Shown: positions 28,330 through 37,174 of the stretch, piece after piece
How positions within the stretch are numbered: position 1 is the first letter of the stretch
How the letters are laid out: each line of letters starts with the position of its first letter
From: a virus
Taxonomy: Duplodnaviria; Caudoviricetes
Virus record (IMG/VR): IMGVR_UViG_3300048893_000042
Coordinates: 13,382 to 77,381 of that record
Length of the DNA stretch: 64,000 nucleotides
Direction: 5' to 3' (one strand)
Translations under genes and position numbers: made by a program
The notes under the pieces: model-generated
Told to the model about the DNA's origin: nothing
The model's database searches: none
Seen by the model: the letters and a program-made list of their open reading frames with translations, nothing else

Positions 28330-28739
28330 TCACCCTCATTCCCGGACACATGTACAAGGTCCGCAGCTACCCCGCCCGCGAGGTGGATGGTCCTTTCCGC
28401 TTCCACGCCACCAATCCCATCATCTTCCGCCACCGGGTCGGTGACGAGTACCCTGGCAACAGGGGTGACCCGTTCGACGGCACCACGACGCAGGAGCTGC
28501 TGCGTGTGATCATCGCCCGCACGAAGTACGTGGACCAGCAGCAGCCGGACCCGGCGAACGGCACCGTTCTGGGATGTGCCCGCGCAGCCATCGCTGCCCT
28601 GGAGACACGCGCTGCGCAGCGCCGGGGTCCAGGCTACCTCGCACTGTTCCGGCAGGAGCTCGCCCTCTGGGAGCTGGACATCGAGGACGCCGCACCGTGC
28701 ACCACCTGCGGGCACATCTTCTGCGGGAGGCACAAGTGA
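28326..28739 (+). CDS. Hypothetical protein, possibly distant Tad1-like
   Basis: ATGA and GTGA overlaps; IIFRHRVGDEYPGN...DGTTTQELLRVIIART; C-terminal CxxCxxxxC. Confidence 0.7.
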   Translation: MITLIPGHMYKVRSYPAREVDGPFRFHATNPIIFRHRVGDEYPGNRGDPFDGTTTQELLRVIIARTKYVDQQQPDPANGTVLGCARAAIAALETRAAQRRGPGYLALFRQELALWELDIEDAAPCTTCGHIFCGRHK

Positions 28740-29785
28740 GCGGCAGGGCGCACCCCCTCAAGCACCACCGTGAGACGATGCAGTGGCTCAAGGACTACGG
28801 TGCGACGGACGTCAGGTTCGACCCGACGCATGACCACCCGCGCCTCACGTACCACTTCCGGGGCACCTCGCGCACCCTGTCGCTCGCGCGCACCCCATCA
28901 GACGTCAACCACATGCGGGTGCTGAAGCGCCGGCTGCGTGCCGAGCTGGGTGACCCCGTCACCCGGCACCCCAGGGACAGGAGGAAGCTGGCCGACATGG
29001 ATCCACAGGTCACCCCAGGCATCACTCATGACCACAACGGGTCGGTCGCCTACTACAACAACGGCAGCCTGCGGTTCTTCCCACCGGATGACTTCTTCGA
29101 GGTGGGCACGTCGGTGAGCATCGAGCACCTGGGTCGTGACGCCCGGGGCATCGTCTGGGCTGTGCGGTCCGTCAAGACCCCAGCACCCGGCGAGAAGGCA
29201 CCCACGGTGCGGCCTGATGGCTCAGCCAAGACGTTCGAGAAGCACCTGTCGGCCATGCACTCTGGCCTCGCGCTCGGTCTGGAGAAGCCCACGGGTCGCT
29301 CCCCGGCTGTGTGGGTGCAGGCAGACCCCACCACGTGGATGGTGCACTTCGACCCGGCCAACCGGCAGGTCGGCCCAAACATGGGTTCATCCGTCGCCCG
29401 CCGCAAGCCACCGCCACCACAGCCGGCCCACCAGCCGGCACCAGCACCTGCCAACTGGGCTCATGGACCGGTCCACATCCCAAATGTCGGACCGTACCAT
29501 CCAGGCAACCCCAGGCACTGCGTGAAGTGCGGGAAGGTCGGGAACTGGCATATGACGGAACTGTGCCCGGGGGAACCACCACCCCAGCACCCGGTATTCG
29601 GTGATCACTACGTCGCCAGCGAGGTCATCTCACGCCTGGGTGCCGAGGACGCGATGGAGTTCTGCCTGGACCTCATCGCCGACCTGGAGGCCCTGGGCAC
29701 CCACCACCTGATCCTCGACAAGGCCACCCGCGAGCGGGCCTTCAGCCCGGTCGGGAAGGTCATCCGCCGGAGGCCACGGGCATGA
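28736..29785 (+). CDS. Multidomain protein with N-terminal HicA-like domain
   Basis: GTG overlaps previous TGA; WLKDYGA..VRF...HPRL...LARTPSDVNHMR.LKRRLRAELG; Pro-rich linker; CxxC near C-terminus. Confidence 0.65.
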   Translation: MSGRAHPLKHHRETMQWLKDYGATDVRFDPTHDHPRLTYHFRGTSRTLSLARTPSDVNHMRVLKRRLRAELGDPVTRHPRDRRKLADMDPQVTPGITHDHNGSVAYYNNGSLRFFPPDDFFEVGTSVSIEHLGRDARGIVWAVRSVKTPAPGEKAPTVRPDGSAKTFEKHLSAMHSGLALGLEKPTGRSPAVWVQADPTTWMVHFDPANRQVGPNMGSSVARRKPPPPQPAHQPAPAPANWAHGPVHIPNVGPYHPGNPRHCVKCGKVGNWHMTELCPGEPPPQHPVFGDHYVASEVISRLGAEDAMEFCLDLIADLEALGTHHLILDKATRERAFSPVGKVIRRRPRA

Positions 29786-29952
29786 CACTGGAGCAGGTGC
29801 GCTGTGCCATGGCCAAGACCGCCCGCGACCCCAGCCGGCCGCAGCTGGCTCAGGGGCTGGACCTGCGCACCGACCGCTGCCAGGCCTACCTCAGCGTCCT
29901 CAGGCACAGCACACGCTGCTGGGACGAGTTCCACATCGACAGGTGGAAGTGA
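29782..29952 (+). CDS. 56-aa hypothetical protein (not in ORF track)
   Basis: ATGA overlap at start, TGATG at end; MTLEQVRCAMAK... Confidence 0.6.
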   Translation: MTLEQVRCAMAKTARDPSRPQLAQGLDLRTDRCQAYLSVLRHSTRCWDEFHIDRWK

Positions 29953-30317
29953 TGAGGCGCTGCTGGGAGGTGGTGCGGGCGCTGCTGCTCGCCCACGAGC
30001 ACCCACCCTTCAGGCCGGCGGACGTGGCCCGCAGCCTTGAGCTGCCGGAGCAGCTGGTCAAGGAGAACATGCTCATGCTCGATGGCTCCGGCCTCGTGGA
30101 GCCCAACCTGCTGCTAACCACGTCTGAGGGTGGAAGCCGCGAGCCGGTGGAGGCCTTCGGCACCCTGACGTGGCGAGGCATGGAGCTGCTGGACATAATC
30201 CGCCATCCCACCCACTGGGAGCGCGTCGTCCAGGCCTCACTCCACCACGGGGTGCCCCTCACCGAGGAGACCATCAGGCTGATCGCCCACAGCTCATTCA
30301 TGAGGAGGCTCGATTGA
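29952..30317 (+). CDS. DUF2513-family protein
   Basis: MRRCWEVVRALLLAHE...LTWRGMELLDIIRH..HWERV. Confidence 0.75.
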   Translation: MRRCWEVVRALLLAHEHPPFRPADVARSLELPEQLVKENMLMLDGSGLVEPNLLLTTSEGGSREPVEAFGTLTWRGMELLDIIRHPTHWERVVQASLHHGVPLTEETIRLIAHSSFMRRLD

Positions 30318-30553
30318 GAGGTGCCCCACCCGGTCGCCCACGCGGTGGCGCAGCGTTCCTGTGCCCCGCCTGCCTCACCACGTCGCAGGTCGCTGAGACG
30401 CGCCGCATGGAGGGTGGTGTGACGGTCCGCCGCCGCCGCGTGTGCATCAACGGTCACTCGTTCTGGACCCAGGAGGACTGCCTGGAACCCCAGGTCGGCA
30501 TCACAGCCCCGTGGCTCCAGGCCGCGCGCTCGGGCAGCAGGTCACCACCATGA
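30314..30553 (+). CDS. NrdR-like zinc-ribbon protein without ATP-cone
   Basis: CPAC..TSQVAETRR....TVRRRRVCINGHSFWTQE; TTGA coupling. Confidence 0.7.
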   Translation: MRGAPPGRPRGGAAFLCPACLTTSQVAETRRMEGGVTVRRRRVCINGHSFWTQEDCLEPQVGITAPWLQAARSGSRSPP

Positions 30554-30726
30554 GCCGCTTCATGGCCTGGTACATCTTCTGGTCCATCGCCTTTGGTGTG
30601 ATGGCCGAGTACAAGCTGCTCCACCCCGACAGCACCCCACTGCGGAGCATCGCTGCCGGGGTCGTCTGGCCCGTGGGCGCAGGCTTCCTCCTGGAGCACC
30701 ACATCTACCACACACTCAGCAAGTAG
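30550..30726 (+). CDS. Small membrane protein
   Basis: Two hydrophobic segments; ATGA coupling. Confidence 0.65.
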   Translation: MSRFMAWYIFWSIAFGVMAEYKLLHPDSTPLRSIAAGVVWPVGAGFLLEHHIYHTLSK

Positions 30727-30740
30727 GGAGAGCTGTCGAG

Positions 30741-30980
30741 ATGTCACCCAAGGTCGCAGCCGGTGCCGGTGCAGCCGGCGCATCGTCACCCCTGTCCATC
30801 ATCGTCATCTGGCTGATTGGCCTGACCCACGTCACCCTGCCGCCAGAGGTGGCCGTGGCCATCGGGTCGCTGGTGGCCGCCGGGGCCTCGCTGCTGGCAG
30901 GCTACCTGGTGCCCCATGACCCAACCACCGCTCGCCTGATCGCTGAGGATGCAGCCAAGAATGGCCAGGGCAATGTTTGA
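30741..30980 (+). CDS. Holin-like two-TM membrane protein
   Basis: KVAAGAGAAG...IIVIWLIGL..VTLPPEVAVAI...LLAGYLVP resembles small phage holins. Confidence 0.55.
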   Translation: MSPKVAAGAGAAGASSPLSIIVIWLIGLTHVTLPPEVAVAIGSLVAAGASLLAGYLVPHDPTTARLIAEDAAKNGQGNV

Positions 30981-31926
30981 GACCACAACCATCGACACTG
31001 AGACCACGGGCATGGAGCCTCATGACGTGGTCATCGAGATGGCCGCAGTCCGCCGTGACTGGCACTACCACTTCATGGTCAACCCGGGTGACGTGCCCGT
31101 GGTCCCTGAGGCCCGGGCGGCACACCACATCACCGATGCTGAGCTGGCCGTCTGTGCCACCGCAGAGGTGTGGCTGCCGACCGTCATGGAGCTGACCGGC
31201 AGGCCAGACCATGTGCTAGTGTTCCACAACGCGGAGTTCGACACCCGCATGATCCAGCAGACCTGGCCGCAGATCGGTGGCGCACCACACATCTGCACCT
31301 ACCGCTGCTCGCTCCAGCTCTGGCCCGACGCACCCAGCCACTCGAACCAGGTGCTGCGCTACTGGCTGAGCCTCCACGTGGAGAAGACCCGCCTCCACCC
31401 ACACCGCGCCCTGCCCGACGCCCTGGTGACTCACGCCCTCGTGATGCGCATGATCGAGGACCTAGTGTATGGGCGGAACGAGCACGTCCGGCTGCCCGAT
31501 CTCCCAGCGGAGGAGCTGCGGGACGCGGCCATAGAACGCCTCGTGCACCTTACCACAGCCCCGGTCGTCCTCCACCGCGTCCGCTTCGGGAAGCACCAGG
31601 GTCTGCTCTGGAAGGATGTGCCCCGCGACTACCTCCAGTGGATCATCCGCCAGGCGGACTTCGACCGTGACGTGCTCCACACAGCCCGCACCCTGATTGG
31701 CAGCCCCCCGGCCACGCCAGCGGGGGAGCACGCATGGCTGGGTCAGCGGTTCTGCCTGGTCATGAACCTGGAACAGGATGGGTTCGGGTCCGAGCTGGGT
31801 GACTACACCGCCCACCAGGGTCAGGTCGTCACCGTCACCCGCGAGCTGCCCGACAGCATGGTGGCTGTGCAGGCCTCAGACGGCTGGGTGGGCAACGTGT
31901 TCAAGAATGAGCTGAGGGCGCCATGA
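30973..31926 (+). CDS. DEDDh 3'-5' exonuclease (ExoX/DnaQ-like) with extra C-terminal domain
   Basis: IDTETTG, FHNAEFD, HRALPDA; RFGKHQG..WKDVPRDYLQW. Confidence 0.9.
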   Translation: MFETTTIDTETTGMEPHDVVIEMAAVRRDWHYHFMVNPGDVPVVPEARAAHHITDAELAVCATAEVWLPTVMELTGRPDHVLVFHNAEFDTRMIQQTWPQIGGAPHICTYRCSLQLWPDAPSHSNQVLRYWLSLHVEKTRLHPHRALPDALVTHALVMRMIEDLVYGRNEHVRLPDLPAEELRDAAIERLVHLTTAPVVLHRVRFGKHQGLLWKDVPRDYLQWIIRQADFDRDVLHTARTLIGSPPATPAGEHAWLGQRFCLVMNLEQDGFGSELGDYTAHQGQVVTVTRELPDSMVAVQASDGWVGNVFKNELRAP

Positions 31927-32180
31927 AGATGACCCCCTGGTGGCATGCCCTGCGGCCCTCGGTCACGCCCAATCAGAAGCGCAGCCGTATGCTCAAGATC
32001 GTGCTGGACAACGTCGCGCGAGGTCACCCATCAGGTCGCCACAGCGCCCTCGGTCACACCCTGCCGTACCTCATCTGCGGCCTGGAGGAGCGGAAGGTGC
32101 CGTACCAGATCAATGCGATGCCTGGCGTGGGGTACACGATCCAGGGCATGCCGCCGCTTGTTCCTCAGGAAGATGAGTGA
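31923..32180 (+). CDS. Hypothetical protein
   Basis: ATGA coupling; 85 aa. Confidence 0.6.
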   Translation: MKMTPWWHALRPSVTPNQKRSRMLKIVLDNVARGHPSGRHSALGHTLPYLICGLEERKVPYQINAMPGVGYTIQGMPPLVPQEDE

Positions 32181-32282
32181 TCTACTTTGTCCATGAGAAC
32201 TCGTCAGGTATATCCTCAAGTAATTCCACGCACCGGGGTGCACGGCATGCCCATCACTTGGGGATATTCTGGTCCAAGACAC

Positions 32283-32400
32283 CCAGTTCTTCCCATTACT
32301 TGACCATGAATACTGAATAACCCCAAGTTTCACTAGGAACCAAGGTCACCTGCACTACCCTGCATGAGTTTGTGCCACCGTGCTCCTCCGCCAGCGGAGG
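32283..32400 (+). promoter_or_regulatory. 118-bp conserved regulatory element, copy A
   Basis: Ungapped match (90/118) to reverse complement of 49900-50017; ends in CCTCCG-N4-CGGAGG hairpin containing SD, 6 nt before ATG 32407. Confidence 0.8.
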
Positions 32401-32422
32401 GGACGTATGATGGAGATCACCC

Positions 32423-32584
32423 TTGAAGCGATTGCCTGAGGCAGTGTTCATCATCTGTGCCTTCGTCTACCTGGTGCTGACCGATGACGGCAGCAGCTGG
32501 TCGAGAGGCTACCTGTGGGGCAGCGCCCAGCCAACGCACAGGCCCCTGATCGTTGTCATTGCTGAACGTCTGGAGAGGAAGTGA
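32423..32584 (+). CDS. 53-aa membrane protein (not in ORF track)
   Basis: GGAG..TTG; MKRLPEAVFIICAFVYLVLT...; TGATG coupling. Confidence 0.55.
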   Translation: MKRLPEAVFIICAFVYLVLTDDGSSWSRGYLWGSAQPTHRPLIVVIAERLERK

Positions 32585-32745
32585 TGCTGCGTGTCATTGT
32601 CCTGATCCTGCTGCTGCTCGTGCTGGCCGCACTCATCAATGAGGAGGGGCAGGTTGAGCTGTGTGCGAAGGCCACACTCATGACCTGGCGGCAGTGCTTC
32701 AATGATCGCCACCCGGCGCTCCGTGTCACCACACCAGAGGACTGA
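32584..32745 (+). CDS. 53-aa membrane protein (not in ORF track)
   Basis: MLRVIVLILLLLVLAALINEEG... Confidence 0.65.
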   Translation: MLRVIVLILLLLVLAALINEEGQVELCAKATLMTWRQCFNDRHPALRVTTPED

Positions 32746-32751
32746 GACATC

Positions 32752-32997
32752 ATGAGGAAGGTCACACGATACCCCCTGCCGGCCACGGCGGGTCGCTTCA
32801 CCATCGTCACGCCCGGGGGTGCCCAGTTCATCGGCATCACCGCCCAGAGCATCCACGCGCTCGCCGACACCAGCCGGCCTGAGGTACCACGCACCCTGCT
32901 GCTCGTGGACACGGAGCAGAACATCCCAGGCCGCAGCCGGCTGGCCCACATCGGCACCTCTGGAAATCGCCACCTGTTCGAGGAGAACCCAAGGTGA
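32752..32997 (+). CDS. Hypothetical protein
   Basis: 81 aa, coupled. Confidence 0.65.
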   Translation: MRKVTRYPLPATAGRFTIVTPGGAQFIGITAQSIHALADTSRPEVPRTLLLVDTEQNIPGRSRLAHIGTSGNRHLFEENPR

Positions 32998-33341
32998 GCA
33001 TGCGCCCGATCAGCCCGCTGGACATCTCAGGGGACCAGCGCAGCACCGACCTGCCCGACCGGGTGATTGAGGTGTGGAACCGCCTGATCGCACAGAACCA
33101 CAACGGCACCATGTCCACCGTGCTCCAGGTGGACGCGGTGGCCGCGATGCGTGACCTGGTGCCTCCTGACTTCCCGCGCTCGGCGGCAGCCTTCATGATC
33201 GAGCAGGGCTGGCTGGACATCGAGCCGGTCTACCGCGCCCAGGGGTGGGAGGTCACCTACCACAAGCCTGCTGCCGAGGAGCACCCGGCGCGCTTCACGT
33301 TCTATGGCTCAGCGAGGAAGAAGCATGAAGAAGGCAGATGA
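32994..33341 (+). CDS. Conserved hypothetical phage protein
   Basis: PDRVIEVWNRLIAQN...WLDIEPVYRAQGWEVTYHKP. Confidence 0.75.
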   Translation: MSMRPISPLDISGDQRSTDLPDRVIEVWNRLIAQNHNGTMSTVLQVDAVAAMRDLVPPDFPRSAAAFMIEQGWLDIEPVYRAQGWEVTYHKPAAEEHPARFTFYGSARKKHEEGR

Positions 33342-33756
33342 TGACCTGAGGGCCATCTTCCACGAGCACCTGCACCAGGTCCACTGGCAGGCCATCGAGA
33401 GTGGCCTGACCGGCCTCGGAATCCCCGACAGCAACGGGTGCCTCCACCGTGAGTTCTGGGTGGAGCACAAGTGGACCCCCGAGTGGTGGGTGTCCCTGAC
33501 CCCTGAGCAGGTGGGCTGGCACCTTCGCCGCTACCGGGCAGGTGGCCACACGTTCATCGCGGTGCGGCGCCACTGTGATGCGGGTCCACGCCGGCCCGCT
33601 GCCGATGACCTGTACCTCTTCCCCGGGCGGCTCGCCCGCGAGCTGAAGGACGTGGGCCTGCGGTTGGACGCACCTCCCCTGGTGATGTCCACCGGTGGGC
33701 CTGCGGCCTGGGACTGGTCTGCGGTGCTCGGTGTGCTGACCGGCAGGCCGGCATGA
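33325..33756 (+). CDS. PD-(D/E)xK nuclease, Holliday junction resolvase-like
   Basis: IESG.TG.GIPDSNG...FWVEHK...LTPEQVGWH.R...GG..FIAVR. Confidence 0.8.
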   Translation: MKKADDDLRAIFHEHLHQVHWQAIESGLTGLGIPDSNGCLHREFWVEHKWTPEWWVSLTPEQVGWHLRRYRAGGHTFIAVRRHCDAGPRRPAADDLYLFPGRLARELKDVGLRLDAPPLVMSTGGPAAWDWSAVLGVLTGRPA

Positions 33757-33977
33757 TTGACCTGCGGTCATCCCAGGTCGTGGTCCGCAGCCGCCAGACC
33801 ATGGAGCCGGCCTTCGTGCTGCAGTTCTATGGCGTGCCATCGCTGGCCTTCATCGAGGTGCCGGACCGACGCGGCCATCGTCCGCCACAGACCGGCGGCA
33901 GGCTCATCCAGCAGGCCCTCCGTGAGCACGGCCTGCACCCGGATGACTGGATCGCCAGCATCTTTGAGTGCTATTGA
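33753..33977 (+). CDS. Hypothetical protein
   Basis: ATGA coupling. Confidence 0.6.
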   Translation: MIDLRSSQVVVRSRQTMEPAFVLQFYGVPSLAFIEVPDRRGHRPPQTGGRLIQQALREHGLHPDDWIASIFECY

Positions 33978-34022
33978 CTTTGCCTCTGGCCGGGCACATG
34001 CTCGCCAGCACAGGAGCAGGGA

Positions 34023-34406
34023 GTGCATGTCATGATGTTGCGAGCTAGCTGGCGCCATGCGGCCCCCTGCCTCCTCCTGCTGACCGCGAGCTGCGGCCCA
34101 GCCGGCCCACTGATCATCGCCGGCATCTCAGCCGCCAAGTCTGGGTATGACCTCGCGAAGGAGGTCAGCCAGGTCGTGGACCCGGTGATCGAGAAGGCCT
34201 GTGCGGTGTATGAGTCACGCAAGGCCACGGCGCTCGCCCGCATCGCGCTCGGTGCGGCCAGACCGGCGGCAGGCCCCCGCGTCATGGCCATGGTCCGCAT
34301 GGCAGACGCCGCATGCGTGGCACCACCCCAGGGTGGTAGCCCACTGGAGACAGCCATGTGGGTGGTCGGGGTCGCCGGCCAGGTGGAGGCGGAGGCGCGG
34401 CCATGA
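34023..34406 (+). CDS. Putative lipoprotein
   Basis: Basic N-terminus, hydrophobic stretch, LTASC lipobox-like. Confidence 0.6.
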   Translation: MHVMMLRASWRHAAPCLLLLTASCGPAGPLIIAGISAAKSGYDLAKEVSQVVDPVIEKACAVYESRKATALARIALGAARPAAGPRVMAMVRMADAACVAPPQGGSPLETAMWVVGVAGQVEAEARP

Positions 34407-34603
34407 GGGTGCCCCTGATCTGCCTCGTCTGGACCCTCTGGCTCATCGTGTGCATCTGGGGGTTCGAGGACATCGTCAAAGGTGACCCGAGCTATGACAC
34501 CGCTGTCAAGAACGTCAAGTTCTGGGGTGGCCTGCTCGTGTTCACCTGCCCGATCTACATGGCCTGGTTCCTCACTGCCGCCATACTGAGGTGGGTGCCA
34601 TGA
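34403..34603 (+). CDS. Small two-TM membrane protein
   Basis: Hydrophobic segments; ATGA coupling. Confidence 0.65.
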   Translation: MRVPLICLVWTLWLIVCIWGFEDIVKGDPSYDTAVKNVKFWGGLLVFTCPIYMAWFLTAAILRWVP

Positions 34604-35007
34604 CCTGGCAGGACATCACTCTGATGGTTCTGAACGGGGTGTTCTGCGTGTCGCTGATGCCGACCATCTGGGGTGGCAGCAAGCCTCCACTCAGCACCAG
34701 CCTCACCACAGGCCCAGCCCTCATCACAGTGGCCGCCGTCTACACTACCCTGGGCCTGTGGGGTGCGGCAGCGGTCCAGCTCGCGGTCGGTGTGCAGTGG
34801 CTCATCCTCGCGTGGCAGCGCCACCAGATGCAGGATGAGCTGCAGCGCGCCCAGGTCTTCCTCGACATGTTCCCATGCTACCACTCGGTCCGCCGGGCCT
34901 CGTGCTGGTACTTCCAGCGTGGCAGGTGCCGCTGCCAGGACATCGTGGAGCACAACGCGCGCCAGGCCATAGACCGGGCACTGGTGTGGGATGAGAGCGA
35001 TGCCTGA
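34600..35007 (+). CDS. Membrane protein with PQ-loop-like N-terminus
   Basis: MTWQDITLMVLNGVFCVSLMPTIW; three hydrophobic segments. Confidence 0.6.
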   Translation: MTWQDITLMVLNGVFCVSLMPTIWGGSKPPLSTSLTTGPALITVAAVYTTLGLWGAAAVQLAVGVQWLILAWQRHQMQDELQRAQVFLDMFPCYHSVRRASCWYFQRGRCRCQDIVEHNARQAIDRALVWDESDA

Positions 35008-35212
35008 GCGCTGTGAAGGCTGCCCAGACCCCATCCTGCCAGGCCAGGCCCGCTACACCGGTGGTGAGGGTGCTGACCCACCGAAGTACTGGCACTGGGA
35101 GTGCCATGAGCGCTTCCTCGCCGACTGCCGCAAGGCACTGCACGACATCCCGGGCCTCGCGGAAAGGGCCCAGCAGATCATCAGGAGGCTGCAGCATGGC
35201 AAGCGTGACTGA
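35000..35212 (+). CDS. Small Cys/His protein
   Basis: CEGC...WHWECH. Confidence 0.6.
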   Translation: MPERCEGCPDPILPGQARYTGGEGADPPKYWHWECHERFLADCRKALHDIPGLAERAQQIIRRLQHGKRD

Positions 35213-35456
35213 GGATGTGGCCAAGACCCGCTGGTGCCCATTCACCCGGGTCATCGCCGGCACACTGGATGGGAAGGGCGGCATGGACTGCAAGCCCCAC
35301 CAGGCACCCTGGAACCGCATCCAGACCGGTGGGGAGAACTTCAACCTGCCGACCGGCACCCAGTGCGTCGGCAGCCTCTGCATGGCCTGGAAGTGGATCA
35401 GCGACGGCGCGGACCCCAGCACCAAGCATGGTGACTGCCGGCTGATGACCAGATGA
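35196..35456 (+). CDS. Cys-rich hypothetical phage protein
   Basis: AKTRWCPF...CVGSLCMAWKW...GDC. Confidence 0.7.
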   Translation: MASVTEDVAKTRWCPFTRVIAGTLDGKGGMDCKPHQAPWNRIQTGGENFNLPTGTQCVGSLCMAWKWISDGADPSTKHGDCRLMTR

Positions 35457-35710
35457 GCCGCCCGCAGATCACGAAGGCCATGCGGTCTGCCCTGCTGTGG
35501 CTGCGACGCCGCAACGGTGACGGTGGGTTCGACACCAATGGGGTGCTCGTGGCCGCCGGTGAGAAGGCTCCAGTGATGCGGGCCACCTGGAACCACCTGG
35601 TGGGAGCCGGCCTGGTGCGTGAGTACCAGGGCAGGAAGCGCCTGGGCGTCACCGAGGCTGGGTCCAGGTTTGACCTCACAGGGGTCACTGAGTCAGGAGA
35701 CGAGTGTTGA
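35453..35710 (+). CDS. Hypothetical protein, possible winged helix
   Basis: ATGA coupling; 85 aa. Confidence 0.6.
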   Translation: MSRPQITKAMRSALLWLRRRNGDGGFDTNGVLVAAGEKAPVMRATWNHLVGAGLVREYQGRKRLGVTEAGSRFDLTGVTESGDEC

Positions 35711-36771
35711 CCCAGTCCGTCGTCTTCGTCACCCCAGGCCTGATCGACATCCGGGCCTTCACCACCTTCGGGGTCAACGCCAAGCCGCTCACCTCCAGCC
35801 CCATTGGCTTCTTCGGCACCGGCCTGAAGTACGCCATCGCGGTGTTGGTGCGGGCGGGTGCCTCCCCGGTGCTGTGGATCGGTCGCGACAGGTACGAGTT
35901 CTCACAGCATGCCACCCAGTTCCGTGACCGCGAGTTCTCCATGGTGAGGATGCGGCGCCAGAGGTGGAACCTGCTGCGGGCCTCGAACCATGACCTGCCC
36001 TTCACCACCGAGCTGGGGAAGAACTGGAAGATGTGGATGGCCTACCGCGAGCTGGAGGCCAACACCCGGGACGAGGGTGGCGAGACACACGTGGTGGAGG
36101 GCACCTGGATGGACGTGGACGGGGGGCACACGGTCCTCCAGGTCGCGAACGATGAGTTCGTCCAGGCACACCTCGACAGGGACCAGACGTTCCTGCCCGG
36201 AGGCCTCACTCTCCGTGAGGAGGACGCGAGGCTCCAGGTTCTGGACCGTCCTGCCAAGCACCTGTACTACCGTGGCCTCCGCGTGGCGGACCTGGAGAAG
36301 CCCACGCTCCACAGCTACAACTTCCTGGGCGCGCTGGAGCTGACCGAGGACCGCACCCTCAAGTACGAGTTCCTGGCGCGCTCGGAGGTGGCCCGGCACA
36401 TCGCGACGTGCCATGATGAGGCCCTGATCGAGGAGGTGCTGACCGCGCCCGACAGCCGGTGGGAGCATGGCCTGGACTTTGACTTCCAGCACGAGGCCCC
36501 GAGTGACGAGTTCTCGGCAGTCATCGAGCGGCGCAGGGGCATGGTGTCGAGGTCCGCCCTGAGGTACTACAGCGGCTGGGCCATGTCCACGGGTCGCGCA
36601 CCCCCGGCGGGCACGTTCACCCTCCACCCCAGGCCCTGGCGTGCGTCCGGCTCCTATGCCTTTGACGCCTCTGACCAGATGGTGCTGTCGGCCAGCGGCA
36701 CGGCACCCCGGCCTGACCAGCTGATGACAGACGTTGTTGACGCGGTGAATGGAGCGGGTGATGGATCGTGA
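35704..36771 (+). CDS. GHKL (HSP90/HATPase-like) ATPase-domain protein
   Basis: SSPIGFFGTGLKYAIAVL and AYRELEANTRDEG motifs. Confidence 0.75.
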   Translation: MLTQSVVFVTPGLIDIRAFTTFGVNAKPLTSSPIGFFGTGLKYAIAVLVRAGASPVLWIGRDRYEFSQHATQFRDREFSMVRMRRQRWNLLRASNHDLPFTTELGKNWKMWMAYRELEANTRDEGGETHVVEGTWMDVDGGHTVLQVANDEFVQAHLDRDQTFLPGGLTLREEDARLQVLDRPAKHLYYRGLRVADLEKPTLHSYNFLGALELTEDRTLKYEFLARSEVARHIATCHDEALIEEVLTAPDSRWEHGLDFDFQHEAPSDEFSAVIERRRGMVSRSALRYYSGWAMSTGRAPPAGTFTLHPRPWRASGSYAFDASDQMVLSASGTAPRPDQLMTDVVDAVNGAGDGS

Positions 36772-37123
36772 GATGACTGAGTTCCTGGACGGCGTGGTGG
36801 GTGTCGTGGAGGCCAACTCGTTCGAGCAGCACATGCTCTGGAGTGAGAACCGGCAGCGCACCCACCCACGGACGTGGGAGCAGCTGAACCCGGGCCTCCT
36901 GGAGACGGTTGGCGTGCTTGACGGCAGGCCCGTGTGCGTCAGCCTCCACAAGGTCAGGGTTGGCGGTCACCTGATCCTGTTCGTGGATGCCACCAGTCAG
37001 GTCGTGGACCACGAGATGATCGCGAGGTGGATGGCGGACACCATGCCAAGGTCGGCACTTCGAGAAAATGGCATCGTCAACCGCACCGACGCTATGAACT
37101 TCCACAACGTCTTTCCTCGTTGA
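36761..37123 (+). CDS. Conserved hypothetical protein
   Basis: VVEANSFEQHMLW...GRPVCVSL...ILFVDATSQVVDHEMI. Confidence 0.7.
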   Translation: MDREMTEFLDGVVGVVEANSFEQHMLWSENRQRTHPRTWEQLNPGLLETVGVLDGRPVCVSLHKVRVGGHLILFVDATSQVVDHEMIARWMADTMPRSALRENGIVNRTDAMNFHNVFPR

Positions 37124-37174
37124 CCTTCGTCACCAGGCAGGGTAGAAGGTGGGTGTCACCAACTGGAGGACACC

